Source: Bacteroidia bacterium (GTDB lineage: Bacteria; Bacteroidota; Bacteroidia; CAIKAF01). From it: 64,000 nucleotides of DNA. The stretch's first letter is position 1. Each line of letters opens with the position of its first letter. The stretch lies in NCBI GenBank assembly GCA_030427255.1, contig JAUHWY010000014.1, positions 10,463 to 74,462 on the forward strand, read 5' to 3'. Both the position numbers and the translations under genes were made by a program. The notes below the pieces were generated by a model. It saw only the letters and a program-made list of their open reading frames with translations, was not told the DNA's origin and did not search any database. Of the stretch, positions 38,927 to 49,515 are shown one piece after another.

Positions 38927-40078
38927 CTATTGAATGAGTTTTTGGAACAGTTGGTGGTAATTGGCCAGCACCTTTTGCCAGGTTAGTTGAGCCTGAGCCC
39001 TTTGTTGGGCTTGGGTTTCGAGTTTTTTGCGAAGGTCCGTGTCTGTGAGGAGGCGGGCTATGGTTTGAGCAATGTGTTCGGGGTCTTTTTCTTGAGCAGC
39101 CAGTCCGGTTTCGCCTTCCACAATGGCTTCGAGCAGTCCGCTGTTGTTGCTTACCACGGCACACTTACCGCAAAGCGCGGCTTCAATTACCGAAATGCCA
39201 AAGCCTTCGAAGTCGCCACCGGCAATGGCGCTGGTTATGGTGTAAAGCGTAGCCGCATTATACCAAAGCCGTATTTCTTCAGTGCTTTGTCGGCCCACCA
39301 AATGCACATGCTCACTAATTCCCAAATCGTTGGCCAAGCTTTGCAAGCGTGTTTGGTCCTGAGGGTTGCCTACGCAGGCGTAATGCAGTTTTGGGAAGGT
39401 TTGGAGTAAATGCGGCAAAGCGCGAATAACCCATTCTTGCCCTTTTCTTGGGGACATATTGCCTACGGTAAGTAACAGTTGGTCTGCGGCGTCTAGGCCC
39501 TTTTTTTTACGAAAATCCTGAATGTTGGCTTCGGATTCCGGATGGAAAAGCGTGTGATCGGCACCGTTATGAATAACGCAGGGTTTTTTGGGGCGAATGC
39601 CGTAAGATTCAGCCATTTTTTGGGTAAAATGGCTCACAAAAATGAGGCTGTCGGCCCGGTTGTAGGCGCGCTTGTGCAAAAGGTCGAAGAGTTTGCCGTC
39701 GGATTGGCCAAATTCGGTGCCGTGTCCAATAAGTGCGTAGGGTTTTCGGTTCATGGCAGCAATTAAATAAGCATACCAAGAGGCGTGTTTTCCGGAACCG
39801 ACGATTAAGTCGGCTCCAAAGGCTTTGCATTGTCCGGCAAGGGAAAAAGCTTGACGGATAAAGGCCTTTAAGGAAGGGGCGTGTTTGAGAGGCACTACGG
39901 GGTAGGGCGCGTTAGCGTTGAATTGCTGAATTTCTTCGGGAGAGGCATTTTCTTGTCGGGCCACCAACATAGGTTCCCAATGGTGGGGAATTAGCCCTTC
40001 GAGCAGTGCGCGCGCATGGGTGCCAATGCCGCCCGGGCCGGGAGGATATTCGGTGGTCAATAAAACGATTTTGGGCAT
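38927..40078 (-). CDS. GT4 glycosyltransferase
   Basis: EYPPGPGGI, IHNGAD, FEGFGISVIEA. Start at MPKIV (TAATG overlap with the upstream stop). Confidence 0.92.
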   Translation of the reverse strand: MPKIVLLTTEYPPGPGGIGTHARALLEGLIPHHWEPMLVARQENASPEEIQQFNANAPYPVVPLKHAPSLKAFIRQAFSLAGQCKAFGADLIVGSGKHASWYAYLIAAMNRKPYALIGHGTEFGQSDGKLFDLLHKRAYNRADSLIFVSHFTQKMAESYGIRPKKPCVIHNGADHTLFHPESEANIQDFRKKKGLDAADQLLLTVGNMSPRKGQEWVIRALPHLLQTFPKLHYACVGNPQDQTRLQSLANDLGISEHVHLVGRQSTEEIRLWYNAATLYTITSAIAGGDFEGFGISVIEAALCGKCAVVSNNSGLLEAIVEGETGLAAQEKDPEHIAQTIARLLTDTDLRKKLETQAQQRAQAQLTWQKVLANYHQLFQKLIQ

Positions 40079-41001
40079 TAGGCTTGCTGGTATTGATTTT
40101 TTTGACCCAAAAGGGTTTGTGCAAGCAGCAGCAACCAATGCCTAAATTGAGGGTGTCCGGGTTCGGTAAGGATGCAGCGGCAAAGGTAGCCTAGGGCAGG
40201 ACCTTTATTGCCTTTCATTAAATGGTATTTGGCAATGGTGAACCTACTTTGAATTAAAATGGACCGGCGTTTGGCTTTGGGAAGTTGGTGCCAAAGTTGA
40301 GGGTAGCGTTTGGCAAAGGTTTGGACTCCTTGCAGCCTAAGGCGGCCGGGATTGTTTTTGAGGTTGATGCTGTTGTTGTCATGTACGGCATAGGCTACCG
40401 ATGTTTGGGCTAACTGAACAATGGGATATTCATTGGCAATGCGTATCCAGAGCAGCTGGTCTTCTACGGTCACAATATCTTCGTCGAACCGATGGGTTTC
40501 AAAAATCTTTCGATGTAGGCAAGTCCTGGCAGGAATAACGGCATGGTCTAAGAAGTACTCGGTGTGGGGTTGAGCTAGCGGTGCTACTTCCATTTGGCTG
40601 AGTTCGCCATTTCGATCTTCGCAATATCCGGTAAAATACAAGGCAACTTGCCGGTCTTGATCCAAGATGGCTTTATGGAGGTTTTTAAGGTGGTCTTTGA
40701 GGTAGCGGTCATCGCTGTCGAGAAAGCACAGAAATTGTCCTTTGGCTTTGCGTGCTCCATGGTTTCTTGCTGCGGAGCGTTCGGCATTGTCCTGATACAC
40801 GTAGCGAATCCTTGGGTCTTTTTCGGCCAAGGCTTTTACCACTTCGCCTGTTTTGTCTTTGGAGCCATCGTCTACCACTACGCATTCCCAGTCTTCAAAA
40901 GACTGGCTTTGCAAAGATTCCAAGGTATGGTGAATGAACTTTTCCCGGTTGTAGGCGGGAACAATGATGGAGAAAAAGGGATTTTGGGCAGTCTGAAGCA
41001 T
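40078..41001 (-). CDS. GT2 glycosyltransferase
   Basis: IVPAYN, VDDGSKD, FLDSDD, VED. Confidence 0.9.
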   Translation of the reverse strand: MLQTAQNPFFSIIVPAYNREKFIHHTLESLQSQSFEDWECVVVDDGSKDKTGEVVKALAEKDPRIRYVYQDNAERSAARNHGARKAKGQFLCFLDSDDRYLKDHLKNLHKAILDQDRQVALYFTGYCEDRNGELSQMEVAPLAQPHTEYFLDHAVIPARTCLHRKIFETHRFDEDIVTVEDQLLWIRIANEYPIVQLAQTSVAYAVHDNNSINLKNNPGRLRLQGVQTFAKRYPQLWHQLPKAKRRSILIQSRFTIAKYHLMKGNKGPALGYLCRCILTEPGHPQFRHWLLLLAQTLLGQKNQYQQA

Positions 41002-41313
41002 AGCAGTTGGCCTATAGTGGAGGCAAGAATTTCAAAAGTACAGATCGTAGGGCTTTCCTCCGTAGCAAATTAGAGCAATCGAAGGGTGAGCCCATACGCC
41101 CTATGAGGGCATATTCGCTTGGGTGCAAATATCTATAAAAATTAGAAGCGAAAGGGTTTGCAATGAAAACCAGAGGGTTATGATTTTTTGGGAAAAAGCG
41201 CGGCCAATTACACTATAAAAGATAGAACCTGTTAAATGCTCATTGCTTTACGAAAGGTTGGGATTAAGCTGTAATTTTGTAGATTAAAATAATGGCCACC
41301 TAACCCAAGGAAT

Positions 41314-44052
41314 ATGCGCCCATATGTACTTAGTTTATTTGCGTTTTTGATGGGGCAACTAGCCTTTTCGCAGCAACCGGTGATTGTACACTGGGATGCA
41401 GATCAAAACCTAACGACAAATCAAGGCGGAAAAGTTACGCAGTGGGTGAGTGCAGATGCTTCAGCTCGATCAGCAGCTCCCTTGAGTCCGCAAATTGCGC
41501 CCGACCACGTGGCTTCGGTGGGTCAACTCAACGGCCATGCCGCTGTTGCTTTTGGAATCACTAACGCGGCTGTCCAGCCCTTGTATTTTCCGGCGATTAC
41601 AATAGACACAGCATCGGTATTTGCTGTGGTAAACCTTCCGGCAGTTGCCAATACCATGCACTTTTACGTGGCCGGAGATGTGAATGGGGTCTATTCCGGA
41701 GGTTTTTGGGTAGGCGGAACACAGCCTGGAACCGACGGTTTTGGGTGGGGGTCTCAACCTCCTTATGCCAACTGGCAATCGACTTCGGAAGTAACCGGAT
41801 GGGCGGTTTTGGCTATGCGGAATAATGGGTTTTGGTTAAACGGTGCACCGGTTTCTGTGCATCCAAGCCCCAGTTGGAGTGGCTTTCCTCATTCAACGGT
41901 AATTAACCACATGGGAGGAATTGATTTGCCTTGGGCCACCAACCAATACATTTTTAAAGGGTATTTGGCAGAAATGATGATTTTCGACGGCTATTTGAGC
42001 GATTCTGCCATGTCCGCCAAGTCCGATTCTTTGGTGGCTGCTCATTTACCCATCTTGGACATTGGTCCGGATACCATTGACACCTGCTTAACCTCATTGG
42101 TCTTGGAACCTGCCGGAGGGCACAGTTTTGGGCGGCATTTATGGTCTACCGGCGATACCAGCCGTTCCATAACCATTACCCAAAATGGCACCTATTGGAT
42201 AGAAACAGAGACCTTTGGAAGAATTCAGTACGACACCATTACGGTGAACGGTATTATTCCTCCGCCTTTAATGGAGCCTTCCAACGACACCTTACTGTGC
42301 AAGGAGAGTCCTTTTTGGGTGCGGGTAGTGAATCCACAACCCGGAATAACCTACACTTGGAGCAATGGAGTAGTTGGCGATAGTGCCTTTGTAAACCAAG
42401 CAGGGACTTACTTTTACCAACTGAGTTCCAGCAATTGCACAGTAAACTCTACGCCCATTCAAGTGAGCTCTCATGTGTTGCCTGATTTTGCTTCGCAGGA
42501 AATATGCTTGGGCGATACCACTTCGTTTACCAATACCAGTGTGCCTTTGGCCGGCTTTATTTCCGAGTGGCACTACGATTTTGGAGATGGAAACTCCGAT
42601 ACCCTCCAGAACCCTAAGCATGCCTACCAGCAGGCCGGCACCTACTTGGTTCAGTTGGCGGCCCGCAACAGTTTAGGTTGTTCCGATACCATTGTTAAGC
42701 CTGTGGTGGTAAAAGAGCCGCCTGTAGCCAACTTTACCAACCAAGGCCTGTGCAAAGGTCAGCCGGTGCAATTTGGAAATACCTCATCCATTCCCAGCGG
42801 CTTTTTTGCCACCTCTTACCAATGGCGCTTTGACGGCTTAGATAGTTCGCAAAACGTGAGTCCTTCCTTTACTTTTCCTCAGCAAACCGATACGTTTTGG
42901 GTCTCTTTGGAGGTTGGAATCAATAATGGATGTAAAGACGATTCGGTTCGTCAAATTGTAATCAACAAATCTGTTGATGCTCAGGTTTTTTCAGAAGAAG
43001 ATTCCATTTGTGCAGGAGGTTCTGTGGGCTTTTTAGATGCCAGCCAGTATCAGAATACGCAGGCGGCAAATTTTTCTTGGTTTAGAAACAATTTGGCCGT
43101 GGGCAGTTCGGATAGCCTCCAACTGGTATTTTCGAATGCCGGCACCCAGTCTATAGGCTTAATAGTCAATAGTTCCGACAATTGCATAGACACTGCGGCT
43201 TTTGAATTGGAAGTAATACCCAATCCTGAAGCAGCTGTAGAACTAAACAGCGACTTGGGGATTCCTCCATTTGCATTGCAGGCAGTGAATCAATCTTCCG
43301 GAGCCTCTTCTGTGGAATGGTATGGGCCGGCGGGCTTTACCGTTACCAACGACAGTCTTTTTGTATTGCTCAGCGACACCGGATTATACGAGCTTGGTTT
43401 AAGAACAGAGAACTTTTTTGGATGCAGCGACAGCCTTTCCAAAACGATTCGAGTAATACCGGCCAATTTGGAGGTTTTGGTGGAAGGTTTGGAGTGCAGC
43501 GACAGCGCCGGGTATTATACCGGGAGTTTTGTTTTGCGTAATGTCTCTGAGTTTTTGGATGTCAATGGCTTAGACATTTCTTTTAGTCTTCAAGGGGCCT
43601 CCTTGCTCCGTGAGGTTTGGGAGGACAATTTGGCTCCCGGAGCTTTATTGCCTTTTGAATTTACGGCACAGGTCTTTTCCACGGCATCGCCCAACTACTG
43701 CTGTGTTCAATTAAATGAATTGTGGTCCAATTTACCTTCCGGAATTTATTCGGAGGAAGGGGGGCGCATTTGTAGCCCTATTCAATCAGGGCTTTCGCTT
43801 TCACCTCCGGTGCCTAACCCCAGCTCCGGCATCACCGAGCTATTTATCATTTTGCCTGAAACCGAAACCGTAGAATGGAATTTAAGCAGCGCCTCAGGAG
43901 CTGTGGTCCAAGAAGATGTGCTCGAAGGAGCGAAAGGATTAAATGTTCTCCGATTGGATTTGAGCGCGGTGGAGGCCGGCGTTTATACCTTTGAGCTACG
44001 CTACCGTGACCGAGCGCTCATGGAGCGCATTGTGCGAACCACAGCGCCTTAA
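41314..44052 (+). CDS. Secreted PKD-domain protein with T9SS C-terminal sorting domain
   Basis: Signal peptide, LamG-like N-terminus, PKD repeats (WHYDFGDG, P.H.Y..AG.Y.V.L), CTD (PNPSSG..LDLSAVEAGVY). Confidence 0.82.
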   Translation: MRPYVLSLFAFLMGQLAFSQQPVIVHWDADQNLTTNQGGKVTQWVSADASARSAAPLSPQIAPDHVASVGQLNGHAAVAFGITNAAVQPLYFPAITIDTASVFAVVNLPAVANTMHFYVAGDVNGVYSGGFWVGGTQPGTDGFGWGSQPPYANWQSTSEVTGWAVLAMRNNGFWLNGAPVSVHPSPSWSGFPHSTVINHMGGIDLPWATNQYIFKGYLAEMMIFDGYLSDSAMSAKSDSLVAAHLPILDIGPDTIDTCLTSLVLEPAGGHSFGRHLWSTGDTSRSITITQNGTYWIETETFGRIQYDTITVNGIIPPPLMEPSNDTLLCKESPFWVRVVNPQPGITYTWSNGVVGDSAFVNQAGTYFYQLSSSNCTVNSTPIQVSSHVLPDFASQEICLGDTTSFTNTSVPLAGFISEWHYDFGDGNSDTLQNPKHAYQQAGTYLVQLAARNSLGCSDTIVKPVVVKEPPVANFTNQGLCKGQPVQFGNTSSIPSGFFATSYQWRFDGLDSSQNVSPSFTFPQQTDTFWVSLEVGINNGCKDDSVRQIVINKSVDAQVFSEEDSICAGGSVGFLDASQYQNTQAANFSWFRNNLAVGSSDSLQLVFSNAGTQSIGLIVNSSDNCIDTAAFELEVIPNPEAAVELNSDLGIPPFALQAVNQSSGASSVEWYGPAGFTVTNDSLFVLLSDTGLYELGLRTENFFGCSDSLSKTIRVIPANLEVLVEGLECSDSAGYYTGSFVLRNVSEFLDVNGLDISFSLQGASLLREVWEDNLAPGALLPFEFTAQVFSTASPNYCCVQLNELWSNLPSGIYSEEGGRICSPIQSGLSLSPPVPNPSSGITELFIILPETETVEWNLSSASGAVVQEDVLEGAKGLNVLRLDLSAVEAGVYTFELRYRDRALMERIVRTTAP

Positions 44053-44753
44053 TCGGAGCTTTGGGCCGGCACAATAAACTCAAACCCAATACCGTGCACT
44101 ACCTGGATTTTTATGCCGGAATCCGCACTTAGGTATTTACGCAATTTAGAGATAAAAACATCCATGCTTCTGCCTGTAAAGTAGTCGTCTTTTCCCCAAA
44201 CTTCTCTCATAAGCTCCTCGCGTTTTACCACCCTATGGCCCAGCTTGCAAAGCGCATGCAATAGTTTTCCTTCTCGGTCGGTAAGTCTTCGGTCGCCAAT
44301 TTCGGGGTGAGATAACAAAAAGTTGGTGCTGTCAAAGGTAAATGTGCCTAAAGCAAAGACACTAGGGCTTGGGTCTGCGTTTGGTGTTGCTCGGCTCCAA
44401 AGGTTTTTGATGCGTAGAATCAGCTCTTCAATAGAAAAGGGCTTGGCTAAATAATCATCGCCTAGGGTAAGGCTTTTTAGTCGATCCGGAGTTTCACCTT
44501 TTGCAGTTAGAAACAAGATAGGAACTTCGGGGGCATTTTCTCTAAGCTGCTTGGCAAGGGAAAAGCCATCCAAGCCAGGCAACATAACATCCAAAACAAA
44601 AAAATCAGGGCAATTGGATTCAAAGGCTTCGAGAGCTTCTTTGCCATTTTGAAACCAATGCACTTTCCAGCCCTCTTGTTCAAGCTGGTCTGCCAAAAGC
44701 ATACCTAAACTGGGGTCATCCTCTACGTATCCAATGCTTTGCAAAACGGTCAT
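44049..44753 (-). CDS. OmpR-family response regulator
   Basis: VEDD, LDVMLPGLDG, FLTAK, DYLAKPF, winged helix RSMDVFISKLRK. Confidence 0.93.
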   Translation of the reverse strand: MTVLQSIGYVEDDPSLGMLLADQLEQEGWKVHWFQNGKEALEAFESNCPDFFVLDVMLPGLDGFSLAKQLRENAPEVPILFLTAKGETPDRLKSLTLGDDYLAKPFSIEELILRIKNLWSRATPNADPSPSVFALGTFTFDSTNFLLSHPEIGDRRLTDREGKLLHALCKLGHRVVKREELMREVWGKDDYFTGRSMDVFISKLRKYLSADSGIKIQVVHGIGFEFIVPAQSSD

Positions 44754-46057
44754 GGCTTAATGGAATTAAAGGTTAGCGTGAATTTAGCCCCCTTACCCGG
44801 AGCACTTTCGAGTTGAATTAACGCGTGGTGATGCTTGGCTATTTGTTTTACATAGCTTAAACCCAGGCCAAAACCCTTAACATCATGAAGGTTACCGGTG
44901 GGTACCCGGTAAAACTTCTCGAAAACCATGCGTTGAAGTTTTTGCGGAATTCCGGGACCGTTGTCTTTTACGGTTAGAGAAACTTGATGCGGGCCGGTTC
45001 TTTTAAGGCTAAGAAAGATTTCCACTTCATCGCCACCGTATTTAAGGGCATTGTCGAGCAAATTGTAAAGGGCATTTCCTAAGTGTGTGGCATGGCCCAT
45101 AATAAGGTAGGGTTGCTCCGAGTCAATTTCCGCGGTGAACTTGGCGCCGCTGGCATCCATGCGCAGCTTAATTTGCGCCACAATTTCTTGTACCAAAAGT
45201 CCCAGGTCCAAAGGCTCCATCTTAAGCTTGTGCTTATTGGATTCAATCAGGGCAACTTTTAGGATTTGCTCTACCTGATTTCGAAGCCGCAATGATTCCT
45301 TTTGAATGATGCTGCCGTAGGATTTAACTTTTTCCGGAGCGGAGGCTGTCCTATCCTTTTGAAGGACTTCTCCGGCGACCAAAAGGGAGGCAATGGGAGT
45401 CTTGAACTCATGCGTCATGTTGTTTATAAAATCTTGGCGCATGGCAGAAAGCCGCTTTTCTCTAAATATAATGAACACCATGAAAATAAAGACTCCCATG
45501 ATAATAAGGATGCCTAAGGTGGTGAAGTACATAAGGCTCATTTGCCTTGAAATAAACGCACCTTGCTTAGTAAAGTGTACCAAAACCGTATGGCTGTCCT
45601 TGGATAAATTCAGGTCGGATAATTGTTTGGTCCAGGGAATGTTGTTGGTCCCTGAGGCATGAAATAAGGGGCCGAGAGCCTCGGAATACTGTCTCCAGAC
45701 TACGGAATCTGCAAAGCAATCGTACATCCCTACCTGGAAATCTTGCAAAATGCTTTGCTTTCTAAATTCGGCCACAAGCAAATTCAGCAAAAAATCCGGA
45801 GAAGTAGTGGCACCAATTTGCATGGCAAACAAATCGCCGTCGGTGGTAACCACAGACTCTCTAATATTGGTGGAATCGCTATGGTACCGATACACTTGAT
45901 TGGCCACATTTAGCAGGCCAAGCTCAACGCGGTTTTGAAACTGTTCGCTGGTGAACCTGTATGCTTTTTGCACCCAAAACACTTGAATGGTAACTAAGCC
46001 ACATAAAGCACTTCCGGCAACAACAGATACAAACCTAAGGGTTCTATTGGTGAGCAT
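44750..46057 (-). CDS. Sensor histidine kinase
   Basis: NNMTHEFKTP, NLLDNALKY, DNGPGI, GFGLGL; two TM helices. Confidence 0.93.
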   Translation of the reverse strand: MLTNRTLRFVSVVAGSALCGLVTIQVFWVQKAYRFTSEQFQNRVELGLLNVANQVYRYHSDSTNIRESVVTTDGDLFAMQIGATTSPDFLLNLLVAEFRKQSILQDFQVGMYDCFADSVVWRQYSEALGPLFHASGTNNIPWTKQLSDLNLSKDSHTVLVHFTKQGAFISRQMSLMYFTTLGILIIMGVFIFMVFIIFREKRLSAMRQDFINNMTHEFKTPIASLLVAGEVLQKDRTASAPEKVKSYGSIIQKESLRLRNQVEQILKVALIESNKHKLKMEPLDLGLLVQEIVAQIKLRMDASGAKFTAEIDSEQPYLIMGHATHLGNALYNLLDNALKYGGDEVEIFLSLKRTGPHQVSLTVKDNGPGIPQKLQRMVFEKFYRVPTGNLHDVKGFGLGLSYVKQIAKHHHALIQLESAPGKGAKFTLTFNSIKP

Positions 46058-46066
46058 GCTATGAAG

Positions 46067-47377
46067 TTAGGCATCCGCCTTGAAACTTGCGGTACTTTTC
46101 TTTAAGGCATTTAGTGCGGCCTGTCTTAAATGCTCATGGTAGCTTATGGACTCCAGTTGAGGAACCAAGCGGTCCCTAATTTTTTCAAAGGCCGGCCTTA
46201 GGCTGTCAGCTAGTGGTTCGGTTACTTGCGGCTGCTCCTTGAATGGGTCTACCTGCTTTCCGTTTTTCCAAAATCGGTAACACAAATGGGGCCCGGTAGC
46301 TAATCCTGTGCTTCCTACATAGCCAATAACTTGGCCTTGACTAACGCGGACACCACGCTTAATGCCTTGGCCAAATTTACTCATGTGCAAGTACTGAGTG
46401 GTGTAAGTGTTGTCGTGCTTTACTTTAACATAATTGCCGTTTCCTCTTCCGTAACCGGCAGCAACCACCACACCATCGGCCACCGAAACAATAGGCGTTC
46501 CGGTAGGTGCGGCGTAATCGGTGCCTAAGTGGGCTTTCCGCCTTTTAAGGATAGGGTGGTAGCGGTTGAGGTTGTATCGACTAGAAATTCTTGAATACTC
46601 TAAGGGCGCTTTTAGAAACCTGCTTTTCATGCTTTGTCCCTCGGCATCGTAAAAGCCCACTTTTTCACCTTGCTCAAACCGAATGGCCATACGCTCTTTT
46701 CCCCTATGGGTAAAGGTTGCCGCCAAGATTTTGTGTACCCCAAGGTCCAGGGTGTCGGCATACATGGCTTCATAAATAACTCGAAACCTGTCGCCTTTCT
46801 GAAGGGCAAAAAAGTCTACCGACCATTTAAACATTCCGTCTAATTTGTAGCAAATATTTGGGTCAAGCCCTTGCTCTACCACGGTTTGGTAAAGAGAAGA
46901 CTCAATTACCCCGGCGGCTTCTTTTTGCTCATATTTAATTTCTCTAGCTTCTCGGTAAACGGTGGGTGAAGCTTCTTGTCTCCAGTCAAAAACTACGGCC
47001 TCGGTAAGGCTTGCTTCGTAAACCAAACAAACCGGAAGCCCATCTTGTCCTTTTTTGCACAAAAGGGTGTATGGCTTACCTGCCCGCAGCTTTCGTAAAT
47101 CGAAAATAGAGTCTGAGGCTTGAATTAAGGCTCCGGATACATGTCCGGGAACTTTGTGTGCCTCCAAGATTTCAGAAAAGCTTTGCCCTTGTTCTACCTG
47201 AAAGGCCCTTGCTTGAAGGTTTTGCATGGGAATCCCAAACATTTCTTTTGAGGATTCCTCCGCTCTTGGGGCTTGGGCTTGGGGAACCGACTCCTGCTCT
47301 TGTTGATTGGGTGCAGTACTGCAGGCCATGAATAATAAAAGGAGGAGGGCAGTATAGACCAGTGTTCCAAACTTCAT
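46067..47377 (-). CDS. M23 family peptidoglycan DD-endopeptidase (MepM/OapA-like)
   Basis: HLGTD, YLH, TGPHL zinc motifs; lipoprotein-like N-terminus. Start at MKFGTL. Confidence 0.9.
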   Translation of the reverse strand: MKFGTLVYTALLLLLFMACSTAPNQQEQESVPQAQAPRAEESSKEMFGIPMQNLQARAFQVEQGQSFSEILEAHKVPGHVSGALIQASDSIFDLRKLRAGKPYTLLCKKGQDGLPVCLVYEASLTEAVVFDWRQEASPTVYREAREIKYEQKEAAGVIESSLYQTVVEQGLDPNICYKLDGMFKWSVDFFALQKGDRFRVIYEAMYADTLDLGVHKILAATFTHRGKERMAIRFEQGEKVGFYDAEGQSMKSRFLKAPLEYSRISSRYNLNRYHPILKRRKAHLGTDYAAPTGTPIVSVADGVVVAAGYGRGNGNYVKVKHDNTYTTQYLHMSKFGQGIKRGVRVSQGQVIGYVGSTGLATGPHLCYRFWKNGKQVDPFKEQPQVTEPLADSLRPAFEKIRDRLVPQLESISYHEHLRQAALNALKKSTASFKADA

Positions 47378-48333
47378 GAGCCCATCATTTTTTCGGGTAT
47401 TCCCCAATGTTCTTTTTCCTCTGCACTCCAAAGCTCAGGAAAAAATATACGGAACTGGTGTTTAGGAGGAAGGTACTTTTGCCAGTTGGTACCGCCGGTA
47501 GCTTTTATGTCTTCCGGATTCTTTTTAAGATATCTAACGGCAGATTTATAATGAACGAGTGGCCAGTCAATATTCACTTGGCGGTCGAAGGTTCTTAAGC
47601 TTTCTTTTAACTCCGGCCCCTGTTCTGAATCCGGCAAATCTATATACATATCGTATAAAGTGTTGCCTTCCATTTCATGAGCCATGGCCAAAAAGCTGCT
47701 TCCGTATTTGGACTCGAACTGCCGAAGGGTAAGCGTTTTTTTGCCTGTAGCCAGTTCGGTAGCACCTTGATTCCAATAAATGTGCGAATATAGGGTGGGA
47801 ATATCGGCCTTCTGATCTAAAAGGGAGCTGCGCAGGTCGTGACGTGCCAAATGAATGAGTGGAGTTGCCTGAAGTTCAATCATTCGGTATTGAGCCGACT
47901 GAAAACCTGAGGCAGGAAGTAAAGCCATGCGGAATTTTAAAAACTGTTCCGGCTCCATTCCTTCAATCATTATGGAAAAGGATTTGGTTAGGCTTTCAAA
48001 GTAGGCCGTCATGCGCTTTAAGCGTTGAGCCATAAAGGCACCGTCTCCGCGTTTTTCTCGAATCTGCCGCATTTCATGCAGGCAAAGCTTAAAATAGAGT
48101 TCCGTGATTTGGTGGTACATTATAAATACCTCCTCATCCGGAAATGCCGTTCTGGGCTGTTGCAGATTGAGCAACACGTCCAAATTTATATAATCCCAGT
48201 AAGTTAGGTATTCGGAATAAAGGAGGCCGTCTAGGTAGCTGCTAAGGTCTTGTCCCATGGCAGCATACTTCTCTTCGAGTTTGCGTATACGCTCTGTTAG
48301 TGCCTCTTGATTGTTTGATTGTTGCGCTTCCAT
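47374..48333 (-). CDS. kynA: Tryptophan 2,3-dioxygenase
   Basis: Y.DY..LD.LL, FIMYHQITELYFK, PASGFQSAQYR, GTGGT-like ATGGT. Confidence 0.9.
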   Translation of the reverse strand: MEAQQSNNQEALTERIRKLEEKYAAMGQDLSSYLDGLLYSEYLTYWDYINLDVLLNLQQPRTAFPDEEVFIMYHQITELYFKLCLHEMRQIREKRGDGAFMAQRLKRMTAYFESLTKSFSIMIEGMEPEQFLKFRMALLPASGFQSAQYRMIELQATPLIHLARHDLRSSLLDQKADIPTLYSHIYWNQGATELATGKKTLTLRQFESKYGSSFLAMAHEMEGNTLYDMYIDLPDSEQGPELKESLRTFDRQVNIDWPLVHYKSAVRYLKKNPEDIKATGGTNWQKYLPPKHQFRIFFPELWSAEEKEHWGIPEKMMGS

Positions 48334-48401
48334 AGATGATTCAAAAGTACGAATTCTAATGGGCTTGGTCTCACCGGGCTTTCTCCGTGGTCAATTTGGC
48401 C

Positions 48402-49481
48402 TTAGGCTTTTGGTCGGAGGCTCAAAAAAGGACGAATTAGGTCCGCTTTCCGCTCTGTTTCTTGGGCTTCTGCTTCCGGGCTGGAAAGCTTAGTTATTCC
48501 GGCCCCTGCAAATATCCAATGATTCTCCGAACCTAAAGAGGCACAGCGGAGGTTTACATAAAGCCTTAAGCGCAAGGCTTCCGGTTCCAAAAGCCCCATG
48601 AAACCAGCATAATACCCCCGGTTTTGCTTCTCTTTTTCCTGTATAAAAGAAAGCGCGGCTTCTGTTGGAGTGCCTCCAATGGCCGGAGTAGGATGCATAA
48701 GCCTAGCCAGCCTTAGGCCGGTTTCCGTATCCGCTTCCGGGAGAGTTCCGGATAAACGGGTGGCTAAATGTTGCAGGTTGCCCATGGCCAGCTCTTGGGG
48801 GCCATCCTCTTGAATATCGCGCAAACCAAAGGTTAGCATGCTTGACCGAATATGCCGGGTAACCAAATCCTGTTCTTCTTTTTCCTTCTCCGTCCAGCCC
48901 GATGGCCGATTTTGGTGCCGAGTGCCTGCCAAAGACCAACTTTGGGCTTTAGCTCCTTGTTGCTCCAACAATAGTTCCGGAGAAGCCCCTATCCAAGTGC
49001 CCGCTACAGGACAAGTTACCAGCCATGTAAAGGTGTTGGGAAAAGCCTTTCTCAATGCTTTCCAGGCGGATATCGGAAAAAAGCCGGTGTTCGGCACCTT
49101 CCAACGCCTGCAAAGCATGGCTTTTTTAAACGAGCCTCCTAAAGCAGTAAGGGCATCTTCTACCATTCCCATGTAGTCTTTGGAATCTACCGTACTACAA
49201 AGCATGGAGCTTTCCCATGCGTCTTTCATCTCCCAATTTTCGTTGAGGGATTCCAAGTCCGTTTCTTCTTGCAAAGGCAAGTCAATGCCGGGGTAAGGTT
49301 CTTTTTCCGAAAATGGAAACAACAAAAAGCGTGGAACACCTCGACTTAGGTGTAGACCCTGCTCTACTTTGCCACCAAAAACCCGAGGCTGCTCTCCTGG
49401 AAATGCAAAAATACCTCCATATAAGCCCTCGCTTTTAGGACTAGTGAATAGGTCCTCCCAAGAAATGCCCGTACTGTTCAT
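48402..49481 (-). CDS. menF: Chorismate-binding enzyme (isochorismate synthase-like)
   Basis: GASPELL, SLAGT, KEKEEQ, MHPTPAIGG, NRGYYAG, VNLRCA, AGAGI. Confidence 0.75.
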   Translation of the reverse strand: MNSTGISWEDLFTSPKSEGLYGGIFAFPGEQPRVFGGKVEQGLHLSRGVPRFLLFPFSEKEPYPGIDLPLQEETDLESLNENWEMKDAWESSMLCSTVDSKDYMGMVEDALTALGGSFKKAMLCRRWKVPNTGFFPISAWKALRKAFPNTFTWLVTCPVAGTWIGASPELLLEQQGAKAQSWSLAGTRHQNRPSGWTEKEKEEQDLVTRHIRSSMLTFGLRDIQEDGPQELAMGNLQHLATRLSGTLPEADTETGLRLARLMHPTPAIGGTPTEAALSFIQEKEKQNRGYYAGFMGLLEPEALRLRLYVNLRCASLGSENHWIFAGAGITKLSSPEAEAQETERKADLIRPFLSLRPKA

Positions 49482-49515
49482 AGTACCCAAAGGTACCAAT
49501 TCTGGCCTTCACACC

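Larger units (their letters stand above)
1..41001 (-). other. ABC-transporter-dependent surface polysaccharide (O-antigen/capsule/glycan) biosynthesis locus, continuing beyond the window start
   Basis: wzm/wzt, 12 GTs, nucleotide-sugar and tailoring enzymes, mostly co-oriented with overlapping stops and starts. Confidence 0.9.
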